Positions 1 to 9,775 of a stretch of DNA of 64,000 bases are shown in pieces (the stretch's first letter is position 1; each line of letters begins with the position of its first letter). Position numbers and translations under genes: made by a program. Location of the stretch: contig HF996836.1 in the NCBI GenBank assembly GCA_000432575.1, positions 4,314 through 68,313 of the forward strand, given 5' to 3'. The stretch comes from Clostridium sp. CAG:762. GTDB lineage: Bacteria; Bacillota_I; Bacilli_A; RF39; UBA660. Under the pieces are notes generated by a model, which saw nothing but the letters and a program-made list of their open reading frames with translations, ran no database searches and was not told the origin of the DNA.

Positions 1-467
1 ATTGCATATATTGGTTCATAAGCTATGATAATTTCTTTTTTTTCATTTAAATCATCGAGTCCTAAAATAGCATGACTTATTTGGTTATTTATTTTTACTA
101 GGGTTTCATCATTGTTATGTTCACTTAATGTTTCACCGACACAAATAATTGGGGTTATTCCATGGTTTAAGCATTGTCTTGTTTTTTCATTGATTATTTC
201 ATCGGTTTCATGAAAAAGATTTCTTCTTTCACTGTGGCCGACTAAAGAGTATTTTGCTCCGATGCTATTAAGTTGAATGCTTGATACTTCGCCAGTGAAG
301 GCTCCATTTAATTCGTTGCTGAGGTTTTGGCTACCTATATCATATTTGGTGTTTTTAATAAATGTTTCAATATATAGGTAACTGGGAATGATTATTATTT
401 TGTTATCTGTTTTTACTTTGTTTATTCTTTCGATATATTCATTTACTAAATCGTAATTTAAATTCAT
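1..467 (-). CDS. tpiA: Triosephosphate isomerase, N-terminal part (gene continues beyond the left window edge)
   Basis: Minus-strand ORF starts at ATG 467 and is open to position 1. Translation MNLNYDLVNEY...GHSERR...AYEPIYAI matches TIM signatures. Not in the ORF track because it is truncated. Confidence 0.8.
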   Translation of the reverse strand, partial: MNLNYDLVNEYIERINKVKTDNKIIIIPSYLYIETFIKNTKYDIGSQNLSNELNGAFTGEVSSIQLNSIGAKYSLVGHSERRNLFHETDEIINEKTRQCLNHGITPIICVGETLSEHNNDETLVKINNQISHAILGLDDLNEKKEIIIAYEPIYA

Positions 468-489
468 TTTATGATTTAAGGCTATAATT

Positions 490-1719
490 TTAGTCATTTT
501 CTTTAAACACTTCCTTTATGGTATCTACGAGTGGGATAACTATTTTTCTATTTTTTTTGATAGCTGTACGATATACTTCTAATACGGAAGTGGCAAATTT
601 TTCTGATGAATATTTTTCGGCATCAATTCTGGCTTTTTTTCCTAGATTTTTAAGTAGTTCGCGGTCTTGATATAGTTTAGTGATGGCCTCGATGTATTCT
701 TCTAAATTGTTAAATATTATTCCATCAACATTGTTCATTATGGTGCCTGTAAAGCTTTCATCGTTGATGCAGACAACAGGTAATCCTGCGGCCATGGCTT
801 CGATAACTGTTAAGCCTTGTGTTTCTGTTACTGAGGCTGTGGCAAATATATCGGCAATAAGGTAATATTCACTGATGCTATCCCATGGTACTTTTCCTGT
901 AAATATGACATTTTTGCCGAGTTTCCTTTTATAAACATATTCTTTGTAATATCCCATATCCGGACCATCGCCTATAATTAGTAACTTAATTTTTTTGCTT
1001 AGTTTTATTAGTTTCTCCATTCCATTGAGAAGTAAATCAATGTTTTTTTCAGTGCCAATTCTTCCTACAAATAATATAACGAAATCATCTTTTGCTATAC
1101 CTAAACTATTTCTTTTTTCTAAGATGTTTAAGTTTTTGTTGTTTTCTAGGTAAAATTTCTCTATTTCGATACCTGTTGGTATGACATAAACATTTCTATT
1201 TACTTTGTATTTTTCTTTAAATAATTCTTTGGTTTTTTCTGTTGGTACGATTAACTCAGATATTGTTTTATCGCAATAAAATAGTGTTAGGTATTCAACA
1301 ATTTTTTTGCTAGTACCTACAAAATATCCTTTTGTTATATAATGGACATAGTCTTCGTACATGGTATGATATGTATGAACTAAGGGGATGTGAAATTGTT
1401 TTGCAATGATTCTGGCAAAGGTGCCTACTCCAAATTCTGTTTGGGAATGGATTACATCTAAGTGCCATTTCCTAATTTTATTCACGATTTTAACTGGATA
1501 TATGCCTGTTAAACGGTAATCATAAATACCTACGGGAATTCCTGGTATTCTAATTACTTTTTCGTCTTCTTCATACTTATACTTCATATTTTCATTGTTA
1601 ACTGTTACGATATAAACTGTATGTCCTTGTTTTTCTAAGGCTTTTTTTAACATAACTATACTGGTTGATACTCCATTAATGAATGGTGGATAAGTATCGG
1701 TAAATATTCCTATGCGCAA
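490..1719 (-). CDS. GT4-family glycosyltransferase (GT-B fold), likely glycolipid / diglycosyl-diacylglycerol synthase
   Basis: 409 aa. N-term MRIGIFTDTYPPFINGVSTS and C-terminal EAMAAGLPVV motif are typical of GT4 retaining glycosyltransferases. Confidence 0.7.
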   Translation of the reverse strand: MRIGIFTDTYPPFINGVSTSIVMLKKALEKQGHTVYIVTVNNENMKYKYEEDEKVIRIPGIPVGIYDYRLTGIYPVKIVNKIRKWHLDVIHSQTEFGVGTFARIIAKQFHIPLVHTYHTMYEDYVHYITKGYFVGTSKKIVEYLTLFYCDKTISELIVPTEKTKELFKEKYKVNRNVYVIPTGIEIEKFYLENNKNLNILEKRNSLGIAKDDFVILFVGRIGTEKNIDLLLNGMEKLIKLSKKIKLLIIGDGPDMGYYKEYVYKRKLGKNVIFTGKVPWDSISEYYLIADIFATASVTETQGLTVIEAMAAGLPVVCINDESFTGTIMNNVDGIIFNNLEEYIEAITKLYQDRELLKNLGKKARIDAEKYSSEKFATSVLEVYRTAIKKNRKIVIPLVDTIKEVFKEND

Positions 1720-1721
1720 GG

Positions 1722-2798
1722 TTAATCACTTCCTTTTTTATAAAATGGAATTAGAATTCCTCCAAAAATCATGCCTATATAATATGTTACTACTCTCCAA
1801 ATGAGCATGATTGATACTAGAACTGAGTTACTTAGGAAGTAGCCATAAAAGTGGAGAAAGCCATATTCTATTCCCCCACTTCCTCCTGGAATTGGTACGA
1901 ATGAGCCAATTAGCATAACATAACTCACAGCGACAAGAGATGTTATATAATTAATATTAGAGGTAGATCCGATGCCTTTTATTAAGATAATAGGTACACT
2001 GTAAAGGAAAACTAAGGCCATGATGTTGACAATGATACCAATTAATACATATTTTTTGCTTTCTTTTAATATCATGGCATTTTCATAGAAACTGGTAATA
2101 TAATCAGTAAATTTTTTCTTGGTTTTTTCTAGGTTTTTAATTATTTTTAATTTGGCTAAGAAGACAAGTAATTTATCAGCAATAAAACTACTTATTTTCT
2201 TACCAAAGCTGATAATGAATGAACCTAGCCAAACTAGAAAATTAATAATGAAGCCTAATGTTACTAAATTAGCCATGACATTGTTTTTAGGAAATAGTCC
2301 TGTTGCTCGGTTATAGATAACGGCGAAGAGACCTAATATGATTAAGGCTGTTTGGTATAGGATAAAGTTTTGTAAGACGATATTGGTTCCTATTCCATAA
2401 GGTATTCCTTCTTGATGTAAGTAATATATTTGGGAAGGTTGTCCGCCTGTGGCAAATGGGGTAATTCCATTAAAAAATTGGGTAATAAAGTTTAATTCAA
2501 ATGCTTTTTTTAATTTATATTTTTGCTTGTTACATTTGGCCACGATATACAAGCTGATACCTAAGAAAAAACGATATAATACCATTAAGATAATGCCTAT
2601 TAATAAATAGAATATGTTCATTTTTTGAATGTTGGCTATGACCTCGTTGAAGTCATCTTTCAAGGTGAAATATAATATGATAAAAATAACAATAAACATG
2701 ATTATCATATTTAGGATATATTTAGTTTTACTATTTTTTTTGTTTTCTATATCTTCTTCATTTTTTATTATTTCTTTATTTTCCATCTTCAATAACAC
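1722..2798 (-). CDS. UPF0104 / lysylphosphatidylglycerol-synthase-TM-like (flippase-like) integral membrane protein
   Basis: 358 aa polytopic membrane protein (8 or more hydrophobic segments). Architecture matches the flippase-like domain that commonly pairs with glycolipid glycosyltransferases. Overlaps the pgk stop by about 20 nt. Confidence 0.5.
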   Translation of the reverse strand: MLLKMENKEIIKNEEDIENKKNSKTKYILNMIIMFIVIFIILYFTLKDDFNEVIANIQKMNIFYLLIGIILMVLYRFFLGISLYIVAKCNKQKYKLKKAFELNFITQFFNGITPFATGGQPSQIYYLHQEGIPYGIGTNIVLQNFILYQTALIILGLFAVIYNRATGLFPKNNVMANLVTLGFIINFLVWLGSFIISFGKKISSFIADKLLVFLAKLKIIKNLEKTKKKFTDYITSFYENAMILKESKKYVLIGIIVNIMALVFLYSVPIILIKGIGSTSNINYITSLVAVSYVMLIGSFVPIPGGSGGIEYGFLHFYGYFLSNSVLVSIMLIWRVVTYYIGMIFGGILIPFYKKGSD

Positions 2799-3969
2799 TT
2801 AATCCTGGTAATGTTTTACCTTCTAAGTATTCAAGTGTTGCTCCACCTCCTGTTGATACATGATAAAATTTGTTAGTATAACCTAATTTATTAACGGATG
2901 ATGCTGAGTCTCCACCTCCAATTATGGTTTTTATATTGTTTTTGGTTAAGTATTCATAGATAGCTTTTGTCCCATGGCTAAATTTTTCTATTTCAAATAC
3001 TCCCATTGGACCATTCATAATAACTCTTTTGGCATTTTGTAAATTGTATTCAAATAGTTTTATGGTTTCTCGGCCAATATCAAGGGCTATTTCATTATCT
3101 AAAATGCTATCTATGTTTTTGTTGGTAGCATGTGCTTCAGGGCTAATTTCTGTTGCAACAATGGCATCTACTGGTAATACTATTTTATTTTTATAGTTTA
3201 TTAAGATATTCTTAGCATAGTCTAACGATTCTGTATCTATTAGGGATGAGCCAACATTATAACCTAAAGATGCTAAGAAGGTATAGGCCATTCCTCCGCC
3301 AATTAATAGTTTATCGCACTTAGTTATTAAGTTGTCAATTACTTTGATTTTATCGCTTACTTTTTTGCCTCCCATAATAACAATAAAAGGTTTTGTGTTT
3401 TCTTCTAAGAGGCTGTCTATTTTATTTAGTTCGTTTAAAACTAGAAATCCTACAGCACTTGGAAGTATTTTGGCGATGCCGACATTAGAGGCATGTGCTC
3501 TATGTAAGGTACCATAAGCATCATTGATAAATACTTCGCCTAAGGATGCCCAGTATGAAGCAAGATCCATATCACATGAGCTTTCTTTTTTTGAATTTAA
3601 ATCTTCATATCTTGTATTTTCTATTAATAATATTTCTTTTTCTTTTAAGTTAGAAGCCATTTTGGTTAGTTCATCACTTCTAGTATCTTTGGAAAATAGA
3701 ATATTTTTATGGAGTAATTTACCTAATCGAATGCTAACAGGATATAGAGAATTTTTTGCTTTATCGCTTTCTTTTTTGATTTTACCTAAATGAGATAAGA
3801 TAATTATTTTGCAATTATTTTTAAGTAAATAATTAATTGTATCTAAACTCATTCTAATTCTGGTATCGTCTTCTATAATTCCGTCTTTGATGGGTACATT
3901 GTAATCACATCTTAATATTACTTTTTTACTACTTAAATCCATATCTGTTATACTACGCATGTGAATCAT
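2776..3969 (-). CDS. pgk: Phosphoglycerate kinase
   Basis: 397 aa. MRSITDMDLSSKKVILRCDYNVP... with the Gly-rich ATP-binding motifs of PGK. True start is probably the ATG at 3960. Confidence 0.95.
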   Translation of the reverse strand: MIHMRSITDMDLSSKKVILRCDYNVPIKDGIIEDDTRIRMSLDTINYLLKNNCKIIILSHLGKIKKESDKAKNSLYPVSIRLGKLLHKNILFSKDTRSDELTKMASNLKEKEILLIENTRYEDLNSKKESSCDMDLASYWASLGEVFINDAYGTLHRAHASNVGIAKILPSAVGFLVLNELNKIDSLLEENTKPFIVIMGGKKVSDKIKVIDNLITKCDKLLIGGGMAYTFLASLGYNVGSSLIDTESLDYAKNILINYKNKIVLPVDAIVATEISPEAHATNKNIDSILDNEIALDIGRETIKLFEYNLQNAKRVIMNGPMGVFEIEKFSHGTKAIYEYLTKNNIKTIIGGGDSASSVNKLGYTNKFYHVSTGGGATLEYLEGKTLPGLSVIEDGK

Positions 3970-4065
3970 CTCTACTTTCTTATTTGATTATAGCATACTT
4001 TTTTATGATTTAAAATAATTATTATATTTATTTGACACTTTTAATGGTTAAATACTATTATTTGT

Positions 4066-4095
4066 TGTTTTTGCTATGCTGTTATAGTTCTTTAG
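4066..4095 (-). repeat. 30-bp dispersed repeat, copy a
   Basis: Reverse complement reads CTAAAGAACTATAACAGCATAGCAAAAACA. Lies between the pgk start and tRNA-Thr. Confidence 0.8.
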
Positions 4096-4272
4096 ATTGA
4101 TTAAATGAATAGAAAAAAATAAGATAATAAATGAATCTTATTTTGTTATTGGTTTTGTATTTATCTATTTTTATTTTAAAATTTATACTGGTAAAAAAAA
4201 TACCAATTTCTTTTAAAATTGATATTTTCTATACTTAATCCAAAACTATAAAAGTCTGGACAGATTTCCCAA

Positions 4273-4348
4273 TGGTGCTGAAAATAGGACTTGAACCTAC
4301 GACCTATCCCTTACGAGAGGATTGCTCTACCAACTGAGCTATTTCAGC
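4273..4348 (-). tRNA. tRNA-Thr (anticodon CGU)
   Basis: 76-nt cloverleaf read from the reverse complement: GCTGAAA acceptor stem, D-arm AGTTGGTAGAGC, anticodon loop CTCGTAA, T-arm GGTTCAAGTCC, encoded CCA end. Confidence 0.85.
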
Positions 4349-4356
4349 TTAAAGGC

Positions 4357-4830
4357 CTAATCGATAGGCTTGCATACATCAACATATTTATTAGTTGGTA
4401 TTATTTCTTCTAATTCTTTTATACTAAGTTCAATTGCCGAATTGCAACTACCACAGGCTGGGAAGACGGTATCATATTTTTTTAGGGATATGTCTAAGTA
4501 GATATCTGCTTCTTCTTTTAAACCAAAGGGACATATTCCTCCAACAGGATGTCCTGTATGAATTAAGGCTTCGTCTTTGTTTAGCATTCTTGGTTTAAAA
4601 CCAAATGTATTTTTAAATTTAGCATTATCTAGTTTCATATTGCCCGCCATAAGGATAAGCATTATTTTATCTTCACCATTTTTTAAGGAAATGGTTTTGG
4701 CTATTCTTTCGGGTAATGTATTTAAGGCATTAGCTGCCTCTAAAACAGTGGCACTGCTTTCATTTAGTATAATTATATCTTTATCTTTGTTATATTTTTT
4801 TAAATGATTTTTTACACTTGTAATACTCAT
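4357..4830 (-). CDS. ybaK: YbaK/ProX-family aminoacyl-tRNA deacylase (Cys-tRNA(Pro) editing)
   Basis: 157 aa. The HTGHPVGGICPFG motif is characteristic of YbaK/EbsC. Confidence 0.7.
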   Translation of the reverse strand: MSITSVKNHLKKYNKDKDIIILNESSATVLEAANALNTLPERIAKTISLKNGEDKIMLILMAGNMKLDNAKFKNTFGFKPRMLNKDEALIHTGHPVGGICPFGLKEEADIYLDISLKKYDTVFPACGSCNSAIELSIKELEEIIPTNKYVDVCKPID

Positions 4831-4839
4831 ATTAACCTC

Positions 4840-5226
4840 TTATTTTTTAATAAGTTTTTTATTATTGGTACTATTATTTATTTTATCTAATTCATTTTTT
4901 ATTTCGTCTTTGTGTTTTATAAAATATCTATTTAAATTAAAATATTCTTTGTCTTTATTGCAATAAGCAAGGGATGTTATGAAACCTTTGATATAATGAA
5001 TATCTTTAGTTCTAGTAACATCGGTTAAGTAAACGCATCGATTGTTTTCAAAACCACTGCTGATGCTTTGAATTATGTTAGATGAACAGATAGGACAGTA
5101 ATAGAAATAAAAACCCGTTCTTCCTTCATCATTGCTACTTTTGAAAACTACTTCATGATTACAATTATCTATATTTATTTCACCATTTAAAAACTTACTA
5201 GGATTAAATTTATTCATATAACACAC
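4840..5226 (-). CDS. Hypothetical Cys-rich small protein (possible zinc-ribbon)
   Basis: 128 aa containing CNHE...CPIC pairs. No recognisable family. Confidence 0.35.
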   Translation of the reverse strand: MCYMNKFNPSKFLNGEINIDNCNHEVVFKSSNDEGRTGFYFYYCPICSSNIIQSISSGFENNRCVYLTDVTRTKDIHYIKGFITSLAYCNKDKEYFNLNRYFIKHKDEIKNELDKINNSTNNKKLIKK

Positions 5227-5278
5227 CCTTTCTTAGAAAAAATAAAAATCCTTAACGGATGCTACTTACAAATATATA

Positions 5279-5370
5279 TGGCGGAGTAGGAGAGATTTGA
5301 ACTCTCGCACCAGTTTCCCAGTCTACACCCTTAGCAGGGGCGCCTCTTCAGCCTCTTGAGTACTACTCCA
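5279..5370 (-). tRNA. tRNA-Ser (anticodon GCU), long variable arm
   Basis: 92-nt class II tRNA read from the reverse complement: acceptor GGAGTAG, anticodon loop CTGCTAA, long variable arm, T-arm GAGAGTTCAAATCTCTC, CCA end. Confidence 0.85.
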
Positions 5371-5457
5371 TCTGCCACATTAATATTGTATATTAAAAGT
5401 AATTATTTGTCAAACATTTTTTTAAACATTTTAACATAGAATTCATTAGGTGAATTT

Positions 5458-6216
5458 ATGAAAACAAGTATTTTAGGTATTAATATTAATTATATGCATG
5501 TTGGTCATGGTAAGAATTTGATTCTTTTACATGGTTGGGGGCTTTGTTTGGATTATTTTAATAATCTTATTAATGATTTGAAGGATAATTACTCTATTTA
5601 TGCTATTGATTTACCCGGATTTGGTGAGAGTGAATTAAGAGAATCTTTTAATACTGCTGATTATAGTGAGATAGTTTTAGAATTTATTAAGCAATTCAAA
5701 ATACAATCCCCTACTTTGCTTGGTCATTCTTTTGGTGGCAAGGTGATTATTGATCTTGTTACTAATAGGAAATATAATCCTGATAAGATAATTTTAATTG
5801 ATTCAGCAGGAATAAATAAAAAGAAAAGTATTTATAAGAAGTATAAGATGTATAAGTATAAATTGTTAAAGAATTTAATAAAGAAATTTTATAATGAGAA
5901 AAGAGCTAATTATTTGCTTGATGATTTGAGGAGAAAATATGGTTCTAAGGATTATAATAATAGTAATGTTATTTTAAGAAATACTTTGGTAAAAGTGGTT
6001 AATGATAATTATATAGATAAACTTAGTTTAATAAAGTGTCCTACGATTTTGTTGTGGGGTGAATATGATACGGAAACTCCAATAAGTGATGGTATGATTA
6101 TGAATAAGTATATTAAGGATTCGGCTTTGATTACTATTAAAAATGCAAACCATTTTCCTTTAAGTACTAATTATATGGAATGTTTATTGATTATTGATAG
6201 TTTTTTGAGGAGTTAG
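5458..6216 (+). CDS. Alpha/beta-hydrolase fold esterase/lipase
   Basis: 252 aa. HGWG oxyanion motif and GHSFGG nucleophile elbow. Confidence 0.7.
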   Translation: MKTSILGININYMHVGHGKNLILLHGWGLCLDYFNNLINDLKDNYSIYAIDLPGFGESELRESFNTADYSEIVLEFIKQFKIQSPTLLGHSFGGKVIIDLVTNRKYNPDKIILIDSAGINKKKSIYKKYKMYKYKLLKNLIKKFYNEKRANYLLDDLRRKYGSKDYNNSNVILRNTLVKVVNDNYIDKLSLIKCPTILLWGEYDTETPISDGMIMNKYIKDSALITIKNANHFPLSTNYMECLLIIDSFLRS

Positions 6217-6225
6217 TTAAAAAAA

Positions 6226-6250
6226 CACCTAGTTTTTTAGGTGCTCTTTT
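6226..6250. terminator. Rho-independent terminator, probably bidirectional between convergent genes
   Basis: Hairpin CACCTAG-TTTTT-TAGGTG preceded by an A-run and followed by a T-rich run. Confidence 0.55.
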
Positions 6251-6261
6251 CATAAGATAAT

Positions 6262-6290
6262 TTTTAGAATTATAACAGCATAGCAATAGT
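6262..6290 (+). repeat. 30-bp dispersed repeat, copy b
   Basis: TTTTAGAATTATAACAGCATAGCAATAGT, directly after the terminator of the hydrolase gene. Confidence 0.8.
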
Positions 6291-6308
6291 ATATAATTTT
6301 AATGTTAT

Positions 6309-8246
6309 TTATTTTAAGACATTGTAATAATTAGATTTGATTATTAGTCTGCTCATGTTCATTCTATTGGCTACGATATTACTAATATTTTGAATGTAAT
6401 CTTCGCTTACTTCTTCGCTGTTGTTTATTATTTTGTTACCACTTGTTAAATAGGTTCCTTTGTTTGTTACCCAACTTCTGTTTTTGAAGAATGCTATTCC
6501 CTCACTATCACTGAAAATATCTTTTCCCATGAATAATCTTGAATCGTATTTTAAACCAAATAAGTTATATACGGTAGGTATTACATCAATAGACATGGCT
6601 ACTTTATCCACTGTAGTCTTTTTTATTTTACTATTCCATATTATAAGGTTATTGCTATTTATTTCTACAACAGCATCTCTTTGATAGTTTGATAATTCAT
6701 TAATTTCTTCTAGTTTTAATCCATATGGATAGTGATCGCAGAGTAAAACGATAACTGTATCATCTAATTTGCCTTTTTCTTCTAGTTTGTTAATTAATAG
6801 TTCTAGTGCTTTGTCTAATTCTATTTGAGTAGCAAGATAGGCTTTAACGGGCTCACTGTAAGGTAAATCTTTTACTTTTTCATAATGTTTTTTGCTCATT
6901 TTGTTGCCCCAGTTATATTCAAAATGTCCAGATACTGTCATGTAATACGTCATAAATTTATCATTATCAAGATAATCACTGGTAGTTTGTTCGATCATTT
7001 CAACATCACTTTCTGGCCACTGTTTACAATTAATGAGTTTCTCTAAGCCATTGTAACAAGCTTTAAAGTTATCGAAACCCATTGATTTTATATATTTGTT
7101 TCTGTCTTGGAAGGTATATGAATGATCATGATAGGCATATGTTTGATATCCTTCATTTTTGAACATCGTGGCAAGTCCATAAGGGAAATAATTGTTTCCA
7201 CTACGCCATGTTTTAAGTATTGTGTTATTAGCATATAGTCCAGTTAAGGATTGAAACTCTCCTCCTATGGTGCTTAAGTTATTAGAGGAATAATAGTTAG
7301 TGAAATGAAACCCGTCGTTAACTAATTTGTATAAGGTTGGGGTAAGTTCTTTTGAAACGGCAATTTCACTAAAACTTTCCGCGGTTATATATATTAGGTT
7401 TTTATTTTTAAATATTCCTGTATATTTGTTTTGTTTGGTCGGTGTATCATTCATAATATAATTGGTAATTGTTTTGTTATCGCCACTTACTTTGTTTAGG
7501 ATACTATCAAAGTCAATATCTAATTTGTTGTCTTCGTAAACAAATATTTCGTCTTTATTATTTTTGTCTTGGTTATCTTTGTTTTCTTTATTATCATTTT
7601 TATTATTTATAATTATTTTTTCTTCAAAGCCTCTTATGGATCTGTCTATATCTATGAATGTAGCATTGATTAGGCCAAGTTTCTCAATATTTAGAGCGTT
7701 ATCATTGATGTTATGATATAAGTCATATGCACTGTATGTAATTCCTTTTTGTTTTTCTACATTGAAGGTGAAGACAAAGAAGAATACTATTATGGCAAGA
7801 AGATAAAATGGTATTTCTTTTAATTTCATTTTTTTAAAGCTAAGTTTATCTTTTAGTATTATTGCTAGTATTAAAGGAAGAAATAGTAGTAACACTCCGT
7901 AGATGTTTTTAAATATACCACTTATTCCATTACCAGCGAATTTTAGACCCTGATCACTTAGTTTAAATACTGATAATGAGAAAAAGGAATCAAATATTTT
8001 TTCAAAGACAAAATAAATATTATACCAAATACCTAGAAATCCATATATAACAAAGGTAATGATTTTATTTACTTTTTCATTAAATAAACTGGTTATTAGT
8101 GTTATTATTAAAGAAATAGGTATCATAAATAGAATGATATTAATAATCGTACTCCGCGAGAAGTTATCAAATGTTAAGATGCCATATATAAACTCTAATA
8201 ATAGTAAAACTCCATAATTGAATAAAAATAGATAAAACTTTTTCAT
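6309..8246 (-). CDS. ltaS: Lipoteichoic acid synthase (LtaS family; 5-TM N-terminus plus sulfatase-like catalytic domain)
   Basis: 645 aa. N-terminal multi-TM segment followed by an extracellular sulfatase-fold domain. A low-complexity N/K/D-rich linker lies at about aa 210-230. Confidence 0.8.
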   Translation of the reverse strand: MKKFYLFLFNYGVLLLLEFIYGILTFDNFSRSTIINIILFMIPISLIITLITSLFNEKVNKIITFVIYGFLGIWYNIYFVFEKIFDSFFSLSVFKLSDQGLKFAGNGISGIFKNIYGVLLLFLPLILAIILKDKLSFKKMKLKEIPFYLLAIIVFFFVFTFNVEKQKGITYSAYDLYHNINDNALNIEKLGLINATFIDIDRSIRGFEEKIIINNKNDNKENKDNQDKNNKDEIFVYEDNKLDIDFDSILNKVSGDNKTITNYIMNDTPTKQNKYTGIFKNKNLIYITAESFSEIAVSKELTPTLYKLVNDGFHFTNYYSSNNLSTIGGEFQSLTGLYANNTILKTWRSGNNYFPYGLATMFKNEGYQTYAYHDHSYTFQDRNKYIKSMGFDNFKACYNGLEKLINCKQWPESDVEMIEQTTSDYLDNDKFMTYYMTVSGHFEYNWGNKMSKKHYEKVKDLPYSEPVKAYLATQIELDKALELLINKLEEKGKLDDTVIVLLCDHYPYGLKLEEINELSNYQRDAVVEINSNNLIIWNSKIKKTTVDKVAMSIDVIPTVYNLFGLKYDSRLFMGKDIFSDSEGIAFFKNRSWVTNKGTYLTSGNKIINNSEEVSEDYIQNISNIVANRMNMSRLIIKSNYYNVLK

Positions 8247-8256
8247 ACTACACTTC

Positions 8257-9495
8257 CTAATTAAAATTAAACATTAACCATTCTGGTTTGATAAGCATTA
8301 GAATGCCTATTGCTATTAATAAAATACCCCCGATTAGTTTAGATAGTTTTCCATATTTGGTAGAAAAACCTGTTAGTTCTAACGATATCATTGCTACGGT
8401 AAAGACAATAATGTCGTCTAACATAAAGAAGATTACATATAAGATAATATATAAATAGTATTCTAAATTGCTTAGATTATTCATGTTAAGTATTTCAATG
8501 TACATGACAGGTAATCCTGCTGAACAAGCTAGTTCTACTAGGTTAACGGTTATTGCTAAGGAGATAATACCAAGTAGTGCTAAGATAAAACTTTTTTCAT
8601 GAGTGAATTTCTTTATTTTATCAAATATTTTTGCTCTTTTTTTATCGTCTATGACATTGCATCCTGTTTCTTTTCTGGTTTTTAGATAACTATAAAAATT
8701 AATGCTCCCGCCGATTAGGGCGATGATGGCAATGATGGTTCTAAATAATGTTACTTTGGTAATGATGCTTGTGATGTTTAGCCATGCTACCATGAATAAG
8801 AAATATATTAGGGATGATGTTATTATAAATGCTAGGCCTAATGACCACATTCTTTTTTTATCTTTCATGCCAAGAAGCATGCTGATTAGGAATAGTAAAA
8901 CCCACATGGCGCATGGATTAAAGCCATCTAATAAGCCAATTATTATGGTTACTAAAGGTATTGCTAGATTTTTTAAATTTATTTTGCCAATTAAAGGGAT
9001 ATTTACTATTTTGTTGTTTTTTTCTTCTTTTATTAAATCGTCAATGTTGTCTTTGGTATTGTTATTTATTTCTTCTTTAGGCAATTCTATATTCCCCATA
9101 TATTCTCCTACTATGTCTTTGTATCCAGTTTTGGAATATACTTCGATTATTTCTACAAATTCTTTTTTGGTATTTTCTTCACTGTAACCTGAATAATACT
9201 TTTCTCCAATAACGGTAAATGGTACTGTTTTTATTTTGATGTTAAAGTGATTTTCTACTTTTTTTAGCAATTCGTATGCTTCTTGAGTAGAAGTTTCGTG
9301 TTTATACACTTTTAAGTTATTGTATTTTTTTTCTAATTCATTAATTACTTTTATTTCTTTTGCACAATGATGGCATACTTTAGAATAAAATAGATGGATA
9401 TTAACAATATTTTCTTCTAGTGCTTTAGTGCTAGGTATAAAGGTAAATAATGCTAAGACTAAAATAACTATATATTTTATATACTTATTTTTCAT
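8257..9495 (-). CDS. Thioredoxin-like (CHHC) domain fused to CcdA/DsbD-type transmembrane thiol-disulfide transporter
   Basis: N-terminal signal sequence plus a CHHC redox motif, C-terminal 6-TM domain with GFNPCAMWVLLF (DsbD/CcdA signature). The track start at 9528 is a TTG; the ATG at 9495 avoids overlap with the upstream gene. Confidence 0.65.
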   Translation of the reverse strand: MKNKYIKYIVILVLALFTFIPSTKALEENIVNIHLFYSKVCHHCAKEIKVINELEKKYNNLKVYKHETSTQEAYELLKKVENHFNIKIKTVPFTVIGEKYYSGYSEENTKKEFVEIIEVYSKTGYKDIVGEYMGNIELPKEEINNNTKDNIDDLIKEEKNNKIVNIPLIGKINLKNLAIPLVTIIIGLLDGFNPCAMWVLLFLISMLLGMKDKKRMWSLGLAFIITSSLIYFLFMVAWLNITSIITKVTLFRTIIAIIALIGGSINFYSYLKTRKETGCNVIDDKKRAKIFDKIKKFTHEKSFILALLGIISLAITVNLVELACSAGLPVMYIEILNMNNLSNLEYYLYIILYVIFFMLDDIIVFTVAMISLELTGFSTKYGKLSKLIGGILLIAIGILMLIKPEWLMFNFN

Positions 9496-9496
9496 T

Positions 9497-9763
9497 TTAA
9501 AAACCTCTATATTTATTAATTGTTTCAATTAATTTATCATAAGATATTTCTCCAATTAATCTTTCTACTTCTTCTTCTTTGTTTAAAAATATAGTTACGG
9601 GTAAAATTTTACCTATGTTATATTTATTTACCATGTCTGTATCTATATCATAGTCATAATTAGTAATATCAAGATCAGGTATTTCATTACATACTTTTTT
9701 CCATCTTGATTTCATTACTAAGCAACCAGGACACCATATTGCATTAAATTTAATTATTTTCAT
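9497..9763 (-). CDS. Small thioredoxin-family protein (WCPGC active site)
   Basis: 88 aa with AIWCPGC motif, thioredoxin/NrdH-like fold. Confidence 0.6.
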   Translation of the reverse strand: MKIIKFNAIWCPGCLVMKSRWKKVCNEIPDLDITNYDYDIDTDMVNKYNIGKILPVTIFLNKEEEVERLIGEISYDKLIETINKYRGF

Positions 9764-9775
9764 AAATTACCTCAC

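Noticed and set aside
680-865. Numerous 60-200-aa ORFs on the strand opposite to large genes (e.g. 680-865, 2119-2316, 3332-3793, 8702-9187, 18120-18593, 33215-35929, 49718-50083, 50787-51248)
   Set aside because: They lie entirely inside well-supported genes on the other strand. Their low-complexity, Ser/Leu/Phe-rich translations are typical antisense shadows in AT-rich DNA. None has an SD or a family match.
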